Assembly (NCBI GenBank): GCA_031367385.1
Contig: JANLPS010000191.1
Coordinates: 1-11,420 of the forward strand
Direction: 5' to 3'
DNA: 11,420 bases
From: Archangium sp.
GTDB taxonomy: Bacteria; Myxococcota; Myxococcia; Myxococcales; Myxococcaceae
Position numbers and translations under genes: made by a program. Under the pieces are notes generated by a model. That model saw only the letters and a list, made by a program, of their open reading frames with translations, did no database searches and was not told where the DNA came from. Positions 1 through 7,172 of this stretch are shown here, piece after piece (position 1 is the first letter of the stretch; each line of letters begins with the position of its first letter).

Positions 1-1124
1 TCCATCAGCAACGTGTCGCGCAGGAACGGGCCGACGTTGAGGTTGTCGATGAAGAGAACCTTCACCTCTTTGAACCCACGCTTGATGAGTTCGTCGATGT
101 TGGTCTGCGAGATCTCTTCGTTGCACTCGAGCACGACTTCGCCGGTCGCTTCGTCGATCACGTCGTAGGCCGAGACCTTGGTGAAGAGCTCGTCGGCGTC
201 GATCGGCAGCCGGGTGATCTTCGAGGCCTCGAGTTTCTTCAGCGCCGCGCGGGTGAACTTGCGGTTCTTCTTGACGATGATCTCGCCGCTCTTGGTCTTG
301 ACGTCGCGGGTCGCGCGCTGATTATAGAGCAGCTCGAAGTCGACTGACTTCTCGAACTCTTCAGGCGTGTGCAAGAAGACCGTCTCGGTCGCGTAGAAGT
401 AGTTGAGCACTTCTTCGGTCGAGCCGCGGAACTCGAGGGGGTTCTTCTTCGCGGTGTCAGGCACGGCGCCCAAGGCGCGAATCAGCACGGTGACCGGCAA
501 CTTTCGGCGGCGGTCGATGCGCACGTACAGCAAGTCTTTGTGGTCGAACTCGAAGTCGAGCCACGAGCCGCGCGAGGGTATGACGCGGGCGTTGTAGAGC
601 AGCTTGCCCGACGAGTGGCTCTTGCCCTTGTCGTGGTCGAAGAAGGCGCCCGGCGAACGGTGCAGCTGGCTCACCACGACACGCTCGGTGCCGTTGATGA
701 TGAAGGTACCGTTCTCGGTCATCAACGGTATTTCGCCGAAGTACACTTCTTGTTCTTTGACGTCGCGAATCGACTGCGCGCCGGTCTCTTCGTCTTTGTC
801 CCAAACGACCAAGCGCACGACGACCTTGATCGGCGCCGCGAACGTCATGCCGCGCTGGCGGCACTCATCGACGTCGTACTTGGGCTTCTCGAGGTTGTAG
901 CTCTTGAACTCCAACGAGCTGGTCTCGTTGAAGTCGCGAATGGGAAACACTGACTTGAAGACGGCCTGGAGGCCCAGATCTTCTCGGTTGTCGGGCAGTA
1001 CGTCAGCCTGCAGAAATTTCTCGTAACTCTGCTTCTGAATGTTGATGAGGTTGGGAATCTCAATGACCTTGTTGATCTTCGCGAAGTTCTTCCTGGTGCG
1101 GAAGTTGTTCTGCAGGGTCGGCAT
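1..1124 (-). CDS. rpoB: DNA-directed RNA polymerase subunit beta (5' part, truncated by the window edge)
   Basis: Hand translation from ATG at 1124 gives [39 protein letters not shown]...[36 protein letters not shown], the universal RpoB N-terminal motifs. The frame stays open to the window edge, and the gene sits in its canonical position after rplL. Confidence 0.99.
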   Translation of the reverse strand, partial: MPTLQNNFRTRKNFAKINKVIEIPNLINIQKQSYEKFLQADVLPDNREDLGLQAVFKSVFPIRDFNETSSLEFKSYNLEKPKYDVDECRQRGMTFAAPIKVVVRLVVWDKDEETGAQSIRDVKEQEVYFGEIPLMTENGTFIINGTERVVVSQLHRSPGAFFDHDKGKSHSSGKLLYNARVIPSRGSWLDFEFDHKDLLYVRIDRRRKLPVTVLIRALGAVPDTAKKNPLEFRGSTEEVLNYFYATETVFLHTPEEFEKSVDFELLYNQRATRDVKTKSGEIIVKKNRKFTRAALKKLEASKITRLPIDADELFTKVSAYDVIDEATGEVVLECNEEISQTNIDELIKRGFKEVKVLFIDNLNVGPFLRDTLLM

Positions 1125-1198
1125 TCGCTTCTCTCACAATCAGAAGGGGAAACTGCTGATGCTAAAAATTCAAAAAGGCTCTGAACACGTCTCTCAAG

Positions 1199-1243
1199 AC
1201 GGGTAAAGCCGATGACCCCACCTTCGGGCCACCGGCTCCCCGT
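1199..1243 (-). terminator. rplL-rpoB intercistronic hairpin (attenuator/processing-type)
   Basis: The minus strand reads GAGCCGGTGGCCC-gaaggtg-GGGTCATCGGCTT, a 13-bp stem with G-U pairs (1206-1238), followed by a short U run. This is the position of the known rplL-rpoB attenuator. Confidence 0.6.
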
Positions 1244-1261
1244 TTGACCTGCTGTGCTCGA

Positions 1262-1633
1262 TTACTTGAGCTCGACCGTCGCGCCGGCAGCGGCCAGCTT
1301 GTCCTTCATCTTGGCGGCTTCTTCCTTGTTCACGCCCTCTTTGACCGTCTTGGGGGCGCCTTCGACGAGGTCCTTCGCTTCTTTCAAGCCGAGGCCAGTG
1401 AGCTCGCGAACGACCTTGATCACGTCGATCTTCTTGTCGCCAGCCTTGGCGAGAACGACGGTGAACTCGGTCTTCTCTTCAACCGGAGCCGCGGCGGCTG
1501 CCGGGCCCGACGGGCCGGCCGAAACTGCAGCGGCCGAGACGCCCCACTTCTCTTCGAGCTTCTTAACCAGATCAGCGGCCTCGAGAATCGTGAGGGCCGA
1601 GAGTGAATCAACGATGGTATTGATGTCAGCCAT
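1262..1633 (-). CDS. rplL: 50S ribosomal protein L7/L12
   Basis: [11 protein letters not shown], Ala/Pro hinge, [38 protein letters not shown] Shine-Dalgarno (SD) upstream. Confidence 0.99.
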   Translation of the reverse strand: MADINTIVDSLSALTILEAADLVKKLEEKWGVSAAAVSAGPSGPAAAAAPVEEKTEFTVVLAKAGDKKIDVIKVVRELTGLGLKEAKDLVEGAPKTVKEGVNKEEAAKMKDKLAAAGATVELK

Positions 1634-1699
1634 GACTTTTTCCTGAAAATAAAAACAGCGTTAGGGGGTAGTAAAACGGTTAGTTCAGTTCAGTTCGGT

Positions 1700-2212
1700 T
1701 CACTTCTTGTCGGCTTTCGCCTGAAGAACGCGGGCCAATGCAGCACCGGGCTCTTTGATCGTTCGAGCCAACTTGGTCGCGGGCTGATTGATCATCGCGA
1801 GAATCTGCGCGCGCAAAGTGTTCAGCGGAGGCAACTTCGCCAACGCCATGACACCCTTCACGTCAGTCTTCTTGCCGTCGATGACGGCGCTGCGAATTTT
1901 GATCGACTCGAGGTCTTTGATGAACTCGGAGAGGATCTTCGCAGGGGCAATGACGTCGTCGTAGCTGATGGCTGCTGCCACCGGGCCTACGAAGTCGTCA
2001 GAGAGCACGTCAACTGACGTACCTTTCGCCGCACGACGAGCGATGGTGTTTTTGAGCACCTTCCACTCGACCTTGCCGTCGCGAAGCTTGCGACGGAGAC
2101 GGTTCACGGTATCGACATCGAGTTTCTTGAACTCGGCGACGACCACCATTTTCGCTTTGGCAAACTTGCCGTTAAGCTCTGTCTGTAGTGATTCTTTTTC
2201 GCTCCTGAGCAT
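1700..2212 (-). CDS. rplJ: 50S ribosomal protein L10 (170 aa; start moved to ATG 2212)
   Basis: MLRSEKE...LRRKLR...VLKNTIARRA...LAKLP motifs. A strong SD (AAGGAGGTGA) lies directly upstream of ATG 2212. The extra N-terminus of the listed 217-aa ORF is leader RNA. Confidence 0.97.
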   Translation of the reverse strand: MLRSEKESLQTELNGKFAKAKMVVVAEFKKLDVDTVNRLRRKLRDGKVEWKVLKNTIARRAAKGTSVDVLSDDFVGPVAAAISYDDVIAPAKILSEFIKDLESIKIRSAVIDGKKTDVKGVMALAKLPPLNTLRAQILAMINQPATKLARTIKEPGAALARVLQAKADKK

Positions 2213-2289
2213 GTGATTCACCTCCTTCGTCTGGGTTTCCTGGCGAATTGCTGCAGGAGCGAAATACCGGTCACAACTGAACCACCGCT

Positions 2290-2428
2290 CCCTAGTCTCG
2301 GCAGGGCTGGCCAGACCTCGGCCGTTTGAACTGTCGAAGCCACTTTCACCCACTCACCCGTTCGCACTGCGCGAACGACACACGGAGTTGGAAAAGCGCC
2401 GCGAAGTCCCTGCTGTCTTCATCCAGGG
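2290..2428 (-). promoter_or_regulatory. L10 leader (L10/L12 autoregulatory RNA, kink-turn type) with a long apical insertion
   Basis: The minus strand reads CCCTGG-ATGAAGACA-GCAGGG...CCCTGC-CGAGA-CTAGGG: two helices flanking the AAGAC/GAGA internal loop typical of rplJ leaders. Confidence 0.8.
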
Positions 2429-2495
2429 CTACTGTCTTCTTCTTGTGCCTTCGAGAGCACCGGCTCTCTTGGCGTCATGATTGCAAAGCAGGCGG

Positions 2496-2525
2496 GCCTT
2501 ACAGCATTGGGGCTCGCCGTGTCAA
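2496..2525 (-). promoter_or_regulatory. Putative sigma70/SigA promoter for rplJL-rpoBC
   Basis: Perfect -35 TTGACA (2520-2525), 18-nt spacer, -10-like TAAGGC (2496-2501) and a GC-rich discriminator. It lies between the rplA terminator and the L10 leader. Confidence 0.6.
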
Positions 2526-2531
2526 CTCACC

Positions 2532-2575
2532 AAAAACCTGTGTGACGACGCGCAGTTACGTGTCGTCACTTCAGG
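2532..2575 (-). terminator. Intrinsic terminator after rplA
   Basis: Minus strand CCTGaaGTGACGAC-acgtaactgcgc-GTCGTCACaCAGG followed by TTTTT. Confidence 0.75.
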
Positions 2576-2588
2576 CGGGGAGCAACAC

Positions 2589-3293
2589 TTACTTGTATTT
2601 GGCGAGGATCTCGGCCGTGTCGACCTTGATGCCGGGGCCCATGGTGCTCGAAACGACGATGCCCTTGAGGTACACGCCTTTGGCGGTCGCGGGCTTCATC
2701 TTCATGATGGTCTCGAGCAGCGAGGTGAAGTTGGCCTCGAGCTTGTCAGGCGTGAACGACGCCTTGCCGACCGGGGCGTGAACGATACCGGCCTTCTCTG
2801 CGCGGAACTCGATCTTGCCACCCTTCGACTCTTTGACCGCGCGGGTCACGTCGGTGGTGACCGTGCCGACCTTCGGGTTGGGCATCAAGCCACGGGGGCC
2901 GAGCACCTTACCGAGGCGACCGACAACGCCCATCATGTCGGGCGTCGCGATGACGGTATCGAAGTCCATAAAGCCTTCTTCGATGCGCTTGGCCAAATCG
3001 GCTTCACCGACCACGTCGGCGCCGGCTGCGGTCGCTTCAGTGGCCTTCTCACCACGCGCGAACACCGCGACTCGCAGGCTCTTGCCAGTGCCATGCGGCA
3101 ACACGACGGCGCCACGAACCATCTGGTCGGCGTGCTTGGTGTCGACGCCCAGGTTGATGGCGATGTCGATGGTCGAGTCGAACTTGGTCTTCACCAGGTC
3201 GCTGGTCTCTTTGACGAGCTTGAAGGCCTCGCTCACCGTGTACCGCTTGTTGCGGTCGACCTTGGCTGCTGCTGCTCGAAATTTTTTACCCAT
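2589..3293 (-). CDS. rplA: 50S ribosomal protein L1
   Basis: [39 protein letters not shown] and STMGPG motifs. Confidence 0.99.
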   Translation of the reverse strand: MGKKFRAAAAKVDRNKRYTVSEAFKLVKETSDLVKTKFDSTIDIAINLGVDTKHADQMVRGAVVLPHGTGKSLRVAVFARGEKATEATAAGADVVGEADLAKRIEEGFMDFDTVIATPDMMGVVGRLGKVLGPRGLMPNPKVGTVTTDVTRAVKESKGGKIEFRAEKAGIVHAPVGKASFTPDKLEANFTSLLETIMKMKPATAKGVYLKGIVVSSTMGPGIKVDTAEILAKYK

Positions 3294-3295
3294 GA

Positions 3296-3748
3296 TTAGT
3301 TACCCCCGCTGATTTCGATGCCCATCGAGCGCGCCGTACCAGCGATCGACTTCATCGCCGCTTCGATCGACCCAGCGGTCATGTCTTGAATCTTCGCCTT
3401 GGCGATTTCTTCGAGCTGCTTCTTGGTCACCTTGCCGACGAGCTCTTTGCCCGTCTTCTTGGCGCCCGAGCCCTTCTTCTTGTCGGTGTGGAGGCCAGCG
3501 GCCTTCTTCAGCAACACCGACGCCGGAGGCGTACGGAGCTCGAAGGTGAACGAACGATCTGCATACACGGTCAAGATGACCGGGATGATCAGATTGTCTT
3601 TCATCTGAGCCTGGGTTCGTGCGTTGAACTGCTTGCAGAACTCCATGATGTTGACGCCGAGTTGACCGAGCGCGGGGCCGATCGGGGGCGCGGGGTTGGC
3701 CTTACCGGCCGAGATCTGCAGCTTGACCTGTCCTGTTATTTTCTTCAT
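3296..3748 (-). CDS. rplK: 50S ribosomal protein L11
   Basis: [46 protein letters not shown] and IAGTARSMG motifs. Confidence 0.99.
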   Translation of the reverse strand: MKKITGQVKLQISAGKANPAPPIGPALGQLGVNIMEFCKQFNARTQAQMKDNLIIPVILTVYADRSFTFELRTPPASVLLKKAAGLHTDKKKGSGAKKTGKELVGKVTKKQLEEIAKAKIQDMTAGSIEAAMKSIAGTARSMGIEISGGN

Positions 3749-3765
3749 CGGTGTTGCCCTTCAAA

Positions 3766-3802
3766 GTGGTTCGAGCGACGGCTCTTTCGAAGCGTCTCCC
3801 AC
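3766..3802 (-). promoter_or_regulatory. Probable L1-binding autoregulatory site in the rplK leader
   Basis: The minus strand reads GTGG-GA-GACG...CGTC-gctcgaa-CCAC, a GUGG/CCAC helix, an asymmetric internal loop and an inner hairpin, ending 17 nt before the rplK ATG. This resembles the known L1 mRNA target architecture. Confidence 0.6.
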
Positions 3803-3809
3803 GTGAAAC

Positions 3810-3834
3810 CTCCAGGCGCACCATGCGCTTGGAG
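3810..3834 (-). terminator. Hairpin downstream of nusG (weak terminator or processing stem)
   Basis: Minus strand CTCCAaGCGCA-tgg-TGCGCcTGGAG followed by GTTTC. The U tract is short. Confidence 0.4.
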
Positions 3835-3845
3835 AAACAGTTGAG

Positions 3846-4418
3846 TTACCCGGTTGTCTTCTCGACCTGCATGAAGTCGAGCTCGACCGGCGTCGAACGG
3901 CCGAAGATGCTGACGAGCACCTTCACCCGGCCCTTTTCGGGGTTCACTTCTTCGACGGTGCCGTTGAAGTTCGCGAAGGGGCCATCGATGACTCGCACGG
4001 TGTCGCCCTCGTCGTACTGAACCTTCGGCTTGGGCTTGAGCGTGCCCTCTGAGAGCTGCGTGGTCAGGCGCTGCACCTCGGTCGCGGTGACCGGCGGCGG
4101 GTCGTCTTGACCGGTGGCGCCGACGAAGCCCGTGACCTTGGGGGTGTTCTTCACCAAGTGCTTCGAGCGGTCGTTCATGACCATCTGCACCAAAATGTAG
4201 CCCGGAAAAAACTTTCGGCGGCTGGTGCGCTTCTGGCCATCACGCATCTCGACGACCTGCTCCATGGGGATCAGGATCTCGCCGAAGAGCGCTTGAAGGC
4301 TCTCGAGCTTGATGCGGTCTTCGAGGCTCTTCTTCGCCTTGTTTTCGAAGCCCGAATAGGTGTGAACGACGTACCACTTCATGTTCGTCGTCGGAGCGGT
4401 CTGCGCTGCAGCTGCCAT
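3846..4418 (-). CDS. nusG: Transcription termination/antitermination factor NusG (190 aa; start ATG 4418, alternative 4382)
   Basis: [38 protein letters not shown] domain [13 protein letters not shown]...[14 protein letters not shown]. The ATG overlaps the secE stop (TAATG). Confidence 0.98.
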   Translation of the reverse strand: MAAAAQTAPTTNMKWYVVHTYSGFENKAKKSLEDRIKLESLQALFGEILIPMEQVVEMRDGQKRTSRRKFFPGYILVQMVMNDRSKHLVKNTPKVTGFVGATGQDDPPPVTATEVQRLTTQLSEGTLKPKPKVQYDEGDTVRVIDGPFANFNGTVEEVNPEKGRVKVLVSIFGRSTPVELDFMQVEKTTG

Positions 4419-4858
4419 TAGATCTTCCCCCACAGGTGCGGCAACCAGTCGACCATGACCTTCAGGGCCAGGGTGTCGATGCCGAACAGCACGATCGCCG
4501 CGACCAGCGAAGCGACGATCACGGCGATGGTTGAAACTCGGGTTTCTTCGAACGACGGCCAGGTCACCCGCATCAGCTCGGTGGCCACCTCGTTCGACAA
4601 CGTGTGCACTCGAACGTTCGTCCACGCCCAGACGACGAGGCCGGTGGTCGCGGCGGCTCCGGCGACGAAGGCGTAGGTGAAGTCGAGGCCTTCGATCACC
4701 TTCTTGTTGGGTATGTTGAGCTGAACGAACAGCAGCTCGAGCATGTGCCCCAAGAACATGGCGATGATCAGCCCGAACACCAGGTAGGCAATGACCACCA
4801 GACGCCGCGGGTCCATCTCCGCGCGGTTGGCTTGCTGTGCTGCATCAGTCGTCGACAT
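4418..4858 (-). CDS. secE: Preprotein translocase subunit SecE (three-TM type; start probably ATG 4858)
   Basis: Three hydrophobic segments, with the conserved [16 protein letters not shown] motif before the last one. It lies between tRNA-Trp and nusG. Confidence 0.95.
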   Translation of the reverse strand: MSTTDAAQQANRAEMDPRRLVVIAYLVFGLIIAMFLGHMLELLFVQLNIPNKKVIEGLDFTYAFVAGAAATTGLVVWAWTNVRVHTLSNEVATELMRVTWPSFEETRVSTIAVIVASLVAAIVLFGIDTLALKVMVDWLPHLWGKI

Positions 4859-4896
4859 GAATGTCACCGCCCCGGGGGCAAGATACGAAGAACAAC

Positions 4897-4935
4897 GCTC
4901 AGGTCACCGCTGGGGGTCACCCAGAGCGCCTGAGC
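4897..4935 (-). terminator. Stem-loop between tRNA-Trp and secE (possible partial terminator)
   Basis: GCTCAGG/CCTGAGC outer stem and CTGGG/CCCAG inner stem, followed on the minus strand by U-rich GTTGTTCTT. Confidence 0.45.
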
Positions 4936-4948
4936 AATCACAAAAAAA

Positions 4949-5024
4949 TGGCAGGAGAGGAGGGACTTGAACCCACAACACGCGGATTTGGAGACCGCTG
5001 CTCTACCATTGGAGCTACTCTCCT
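4949..5024 (-). tRNA. tRNA-Trp (CCA)
   Basis: 76-nt cloverleaf AGGAGAG...CT-CCA-AA...GGTTCAAGTCC...CTCTCCT-G-CCA with encoded 3' CCA, in the canonical rpmG-trnW-secE order. Confidence 0.97.
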
Positions 5025-5040
5025 ACTCGAAACACAAAGC

Positions 5041-5208
5041 TCAGCCGACCTTGCCTTCTTTGTGCGCGGTGTGCTTGCGGCAGCGCGCGCAGAACTTCGA
5101 AAGCTCCAGTTTATCCTGCTGCTTACGACGGTTCTTCGTCGTGATGTAGTTGCGCTCGCTGCACACGGTGCACTCGAGTGAGATCAGGCTGCGGTTGCCC
5201 TTGGGCAT
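5041..5208 (-). CDS. rpmG: 50S ribosomal protein L33, zinc-ribbon (C+) type, 55 aa
   Basis: Hand translation: [55 protein letters not shown]. It has two CxxC motifs and a GGAG SD. It is below the ORF-track length cutoff. Confidence 0.97.
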   Translation of the reverse strand: MPKGNRSLISLECTVCSERNYITTKNRRKQQDKLELSKFCARCRKHTAHKEGKVG

Positions 5209-5258
5209 GACAAAACTCCAAAAAAATGAGGTTCAACGGCATTGCATATGACGACAGA

Positions 5259-5285
5259 GGGGAGGCTCACTGACAGAGCCTCCCC
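5259..5285 (-). terminator. GC-rich hairpin after tuf
   Basis: Perfect 10-bp inverted repeat GGGGAGGCTC-7 nt-GAGCCTCCCC. The U tract is weak, so it may be a leaky terminator or a stabilising stem. Confidence 0.55.
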
Positions 5286-5311
5286 CCCAAGTCAAGACAC
5301 TGCGGCGGGTC

Positions 5312-6502
5312 TTAGGCGACGACTTCGGCAACGACGCCGGAGCCGACGGTGCGGCCACCTTCACGAATCGCGAAACGGAGCTCTTTCTCCATCGCGATCG
5401 GGGTGATCAATTCGACTTCGATGGCGATGTTGTCGCCCGGCATCACCATTTCGACGCCGTCAGGCAACTTCACCGTGCCGGTCACGTCAGTGGTGCGGAA
5501 GTAGAACTGAGGGCGGTACCCCTTGAAGAACGGGGTGTGACGACCACCCTCTTCTTTGGTGAGCACGTAGATCTGACCCTTGAACTTGGTGTGGGGCATG
5601 ACCGAGCCGGGCTTGGCGAACACCTGGCCGCGCTCGATGTCTTCACGCTTCAGACCACGAACCAGCGCGCCGATGTTGTCGCCCGCGCGGCCTTCGTCGA
5701 GCAACTTCTTGAACATTTCGACGCCGGTGACGACCGTCTTGGCGGTCGGCTTGAGGCCGATCACTTCGACTTCTTCGCCGACCTTGATCACGCCACGCTC
5801 AACGCGGCCGGTGGCGACGGTGCCACGACCTTCGATCGAGAACACGTCTTCGACCGGCATCAAGAACGGCTTGTCGATGGCGCGGGTCGGAGTGGGAATG
5901 TACGAGTCGACCGCCTCCATCAGCTTCAAGATGGCGCCTTCGCCGACCTCTGAGGTGTCGCCTTCGAGCGCCTTGAGCGCCGAGCCGGGGATCACGGGGA
6001 TCTTGTCGCCCGGGAAGTCGTACTTCTTGAGGAGGTCGCGAACTTCTTCTTCGACCAGCTGGCGGAGCTCAGGGTCGTCGAGCATGTCGACCTTGTTCAA
6101 GAACACCACGATGTAGGGCACGCCGACCTGACGGGCGAGCAAGATGTGCTCACGGGTCTGGGGCATCGGGCCGTCGGCGGCCGAGACGACCAGAATCGCG
6201 CCGTCCATCTGCGCGGCGCCGGTGATCATGTTCTTCACGTAGTCGGCGTGGCCGGGGCAATCGACGTGCGCGTAGTGACGGTTCTTCGTCTTGTACTCGA
6301 CGTGCGCGGTCGAAATCGTGATGCCGCGGGCCTTCTCTTCAGGCGCCTTGTCGATCTGGTCATACGCGAGGAAGGTCGCGCCGCCCGACTTCGCGAGCAC
6401 CTTGGTGATCGCGGCGGTCAGGGTGGTCTTGCCGTGGTCGACGTGACCGATCGTGCCGATGTTGACGTGCGGCAAATCTCTCGAAAACTTCTCCTTCGAC
6501 AT
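5312..6502 (-). CDS. tuf: Elongation factor Tu
   Basis: [43 protein letters not shown] and [12 protein letters not shown] motifs; GAGGT SD. Confidence 0.99.
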   Translation of the reverse strand: MSKEKFSRDLPHVNIGTIGHVDHGKTTLTAAITKVLAKSGGATFLAYDQIDKAPEEKARGITISTAHVEYKTKNRHYAHVDCPGHADYVKNMITGAAQMDGAILVVSAADGPMPQTREHILLARQVGVPYIVVFLNKVDMLDDPELRQLVEEEVRDLLKKYDFPGDKIPVIPGSALKALEGDTSEVGEGAILKLMEAVDSYIPTPTRAIDKPFLMPVEDVFSIEGRGTVATGRVERGVIKVGEEVEVIGLKPTAKTVVTGVEMFKKLLDEGRAGDNIGALVRGLKREDIERGQVFAKPGSVMPHTKFKGQIYVLTKEEGGRHTPFFKGYRPQFYFRTTDVTGTVKLPDGVEMVMPGDNIAIEVELITPIAMEKELRFAIREGGRTVGSGVVAEVVA

Positions 6503-6554
6503 GTGAAACCTCTTCTTTTGAGCTGCGTTGGGCGTTGAGCTTCGTTGACTACAA

Positions 6555-6630
6555 TGGAGCCCTGATCCGGGATTGAACCGGAGACCTCATCCTTACCAAG
6601 GATGCGCTCTGCCATCTGAGCTATCAGGGC
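6555..6630 (-). tRNA. tRNA-Thr (GGT)
   Basis: 76 nt: GCCCTGA...CATCC-TT-GGT-AA-GGATG...GGTTCAATCCC...TCAGGGC-T-CCA. Confidence 0.97.
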
Positions 6631-6702
6631 ACTTCTCACTGCTGCTGCACTTCGTTTCGGTACCGAATGTTGCGACTATCGTTCTGCGCCAGCGACTGCA
6701 AC

Positions 6703-6778
6703 TGGAGCGGGAGATGGGATTCGAACCCACGACATTCAGCTTGGAAGGCTGACGCTCTACCAACTGAGCTACTCCCGC
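6703..6778 (-). tRNA. tRNA-Gly (TCC)
   Basis: 76 nt: GCGGGAG...TCAGC-CT-TCC-AA-GCTGA...GGTTCGAATCC...CTCCCGC-T-CCA. Confidence 0.97.
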
Positions 6779-6781
6779 GTG

Positions 6782-6865
6782 TGGAGGGGGGTGGATTCGA
6801 ACCACCGAAGGTCTGGGACCGACAGATTTACAGTCTGTTGCCGTTGGCCGCTTGGCTACCCCTCC
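6782..6865 (-). tRNA. tRNA-Tyr (GTA), 3' CCA not encoded
   Basis: GGAGGGG/CCCCTCC acceptor stem, ACAGA-CT-GTA-AA-TCTGT anticodon arm, long variable arm (GGTC-CCA-GACC), GGTGG-TTCGAAT-CCACC T arm. Discriminator A is followed by CAC. Confidence 0.95.
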
Positions 6866-6954
6866 GGGTGTCTGCCGAGTACTGCTTTGCTGCTATTCAA
6901 TTGTGGTGAAGCCCTTCTCATCTCTTCTCTTCGCTTACTGCTGCTGCACCGCGT

Positions 6955-7027
6955 GGCCGGCGGCGGGATTCGAACCCGCGACCTACTGATTACAAATCAG
7001 GTGCTCTACCAGCTGAGCTACACCGGC
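6955..7027 (-). tRNA. tRNA-Thr (TGT), 3' CCA not encoded
   Basis: GCCGGTG/CGCCGGC acceptor stem, CTGA-TT-TGT-AA-TCAG anticodon arm, GCGGG-TTCGAAT-CCCGC T arm. It completes the thrU-tyrU-glyT-thrT-tuf arrangement. Confidence 0.94.
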
Positions 7028-7090
7028 AAGGCACAAACCTGCGAGAACTCCACGGGAAAACTCCACGACCCCACCTTGCAAGGGCGGCGC

Positions 7091-7120
7091 TCCATACCCG
7101 CTGATTTCTATGCAAGTCAA
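7091..7120 (-). promoter_or_regulatory. Putative sigma70/SigA promoter for the tRNA-tuf operon
   Basis: -35 TTGACT (7115-7120), 18-nt spacer, -10-like TATGGA (7091-7096), then GC-rich GCGCCGCCC resembling a stringent-response discriminator. Confidence 0.6.
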
Positions 7121-7172
7121 GGTGATCATGACGTGCCCCGCGAGCACCGCCTGACGCCCGTGAGGCTCGCCC

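Noticed and set aside
369..953. 194-aa plus-strand ORF and other ORFs overlapping rpoB
   Set aside because: Antisense or alternate-frame shadows of rpoB caused by GC-biased codon usage; no recognisable motifs.
1682..1701. (AGTTC)3-GGTTC pentamer tandem after the rplJ stop
   Set aside because: Too short to support a function; probably slippage in an AU-rich spacer.
2213..2353. 47-aa N-terminal extension of L10 in the ORF track
   Set aside because: It overlaps the L10 leader RNA, and a strong SD defines ATG 2212 as the start.
2481..3844. Long plus-strand ORFs (272, 165 and 152 aa) opposite rplA and rplK
   Set aside because: Antisense mirrors of highly biased ribosomal protein genes; no SD or domain evidence.
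4419..4625. 69-aa N-terminal extension of NusG in the ORF track
   Set aside because: It lies inside secE in another frame; the TAATG overlap marks the plausible start.
5312..6502. EF-Tu variants (SRDLPH N-terminus, EMFKK) as possible elfamycin-resistance alleles
   Set aside because: The recalled kirromycin- and GE2270A-sensitive positions (equivalents of Q124, G257, G275, G316, Q329, A375) look wild type; the differences are within normal variation.
6555..7027. Repeated segments that might suggest a CRISPR array or an att-site duplication
   Set aside because: The repeats are conserved tRNA D and T arms. There is no regular repeat-spacer period, cas gene, integrase or duplicated tRNA 3' end in the window.
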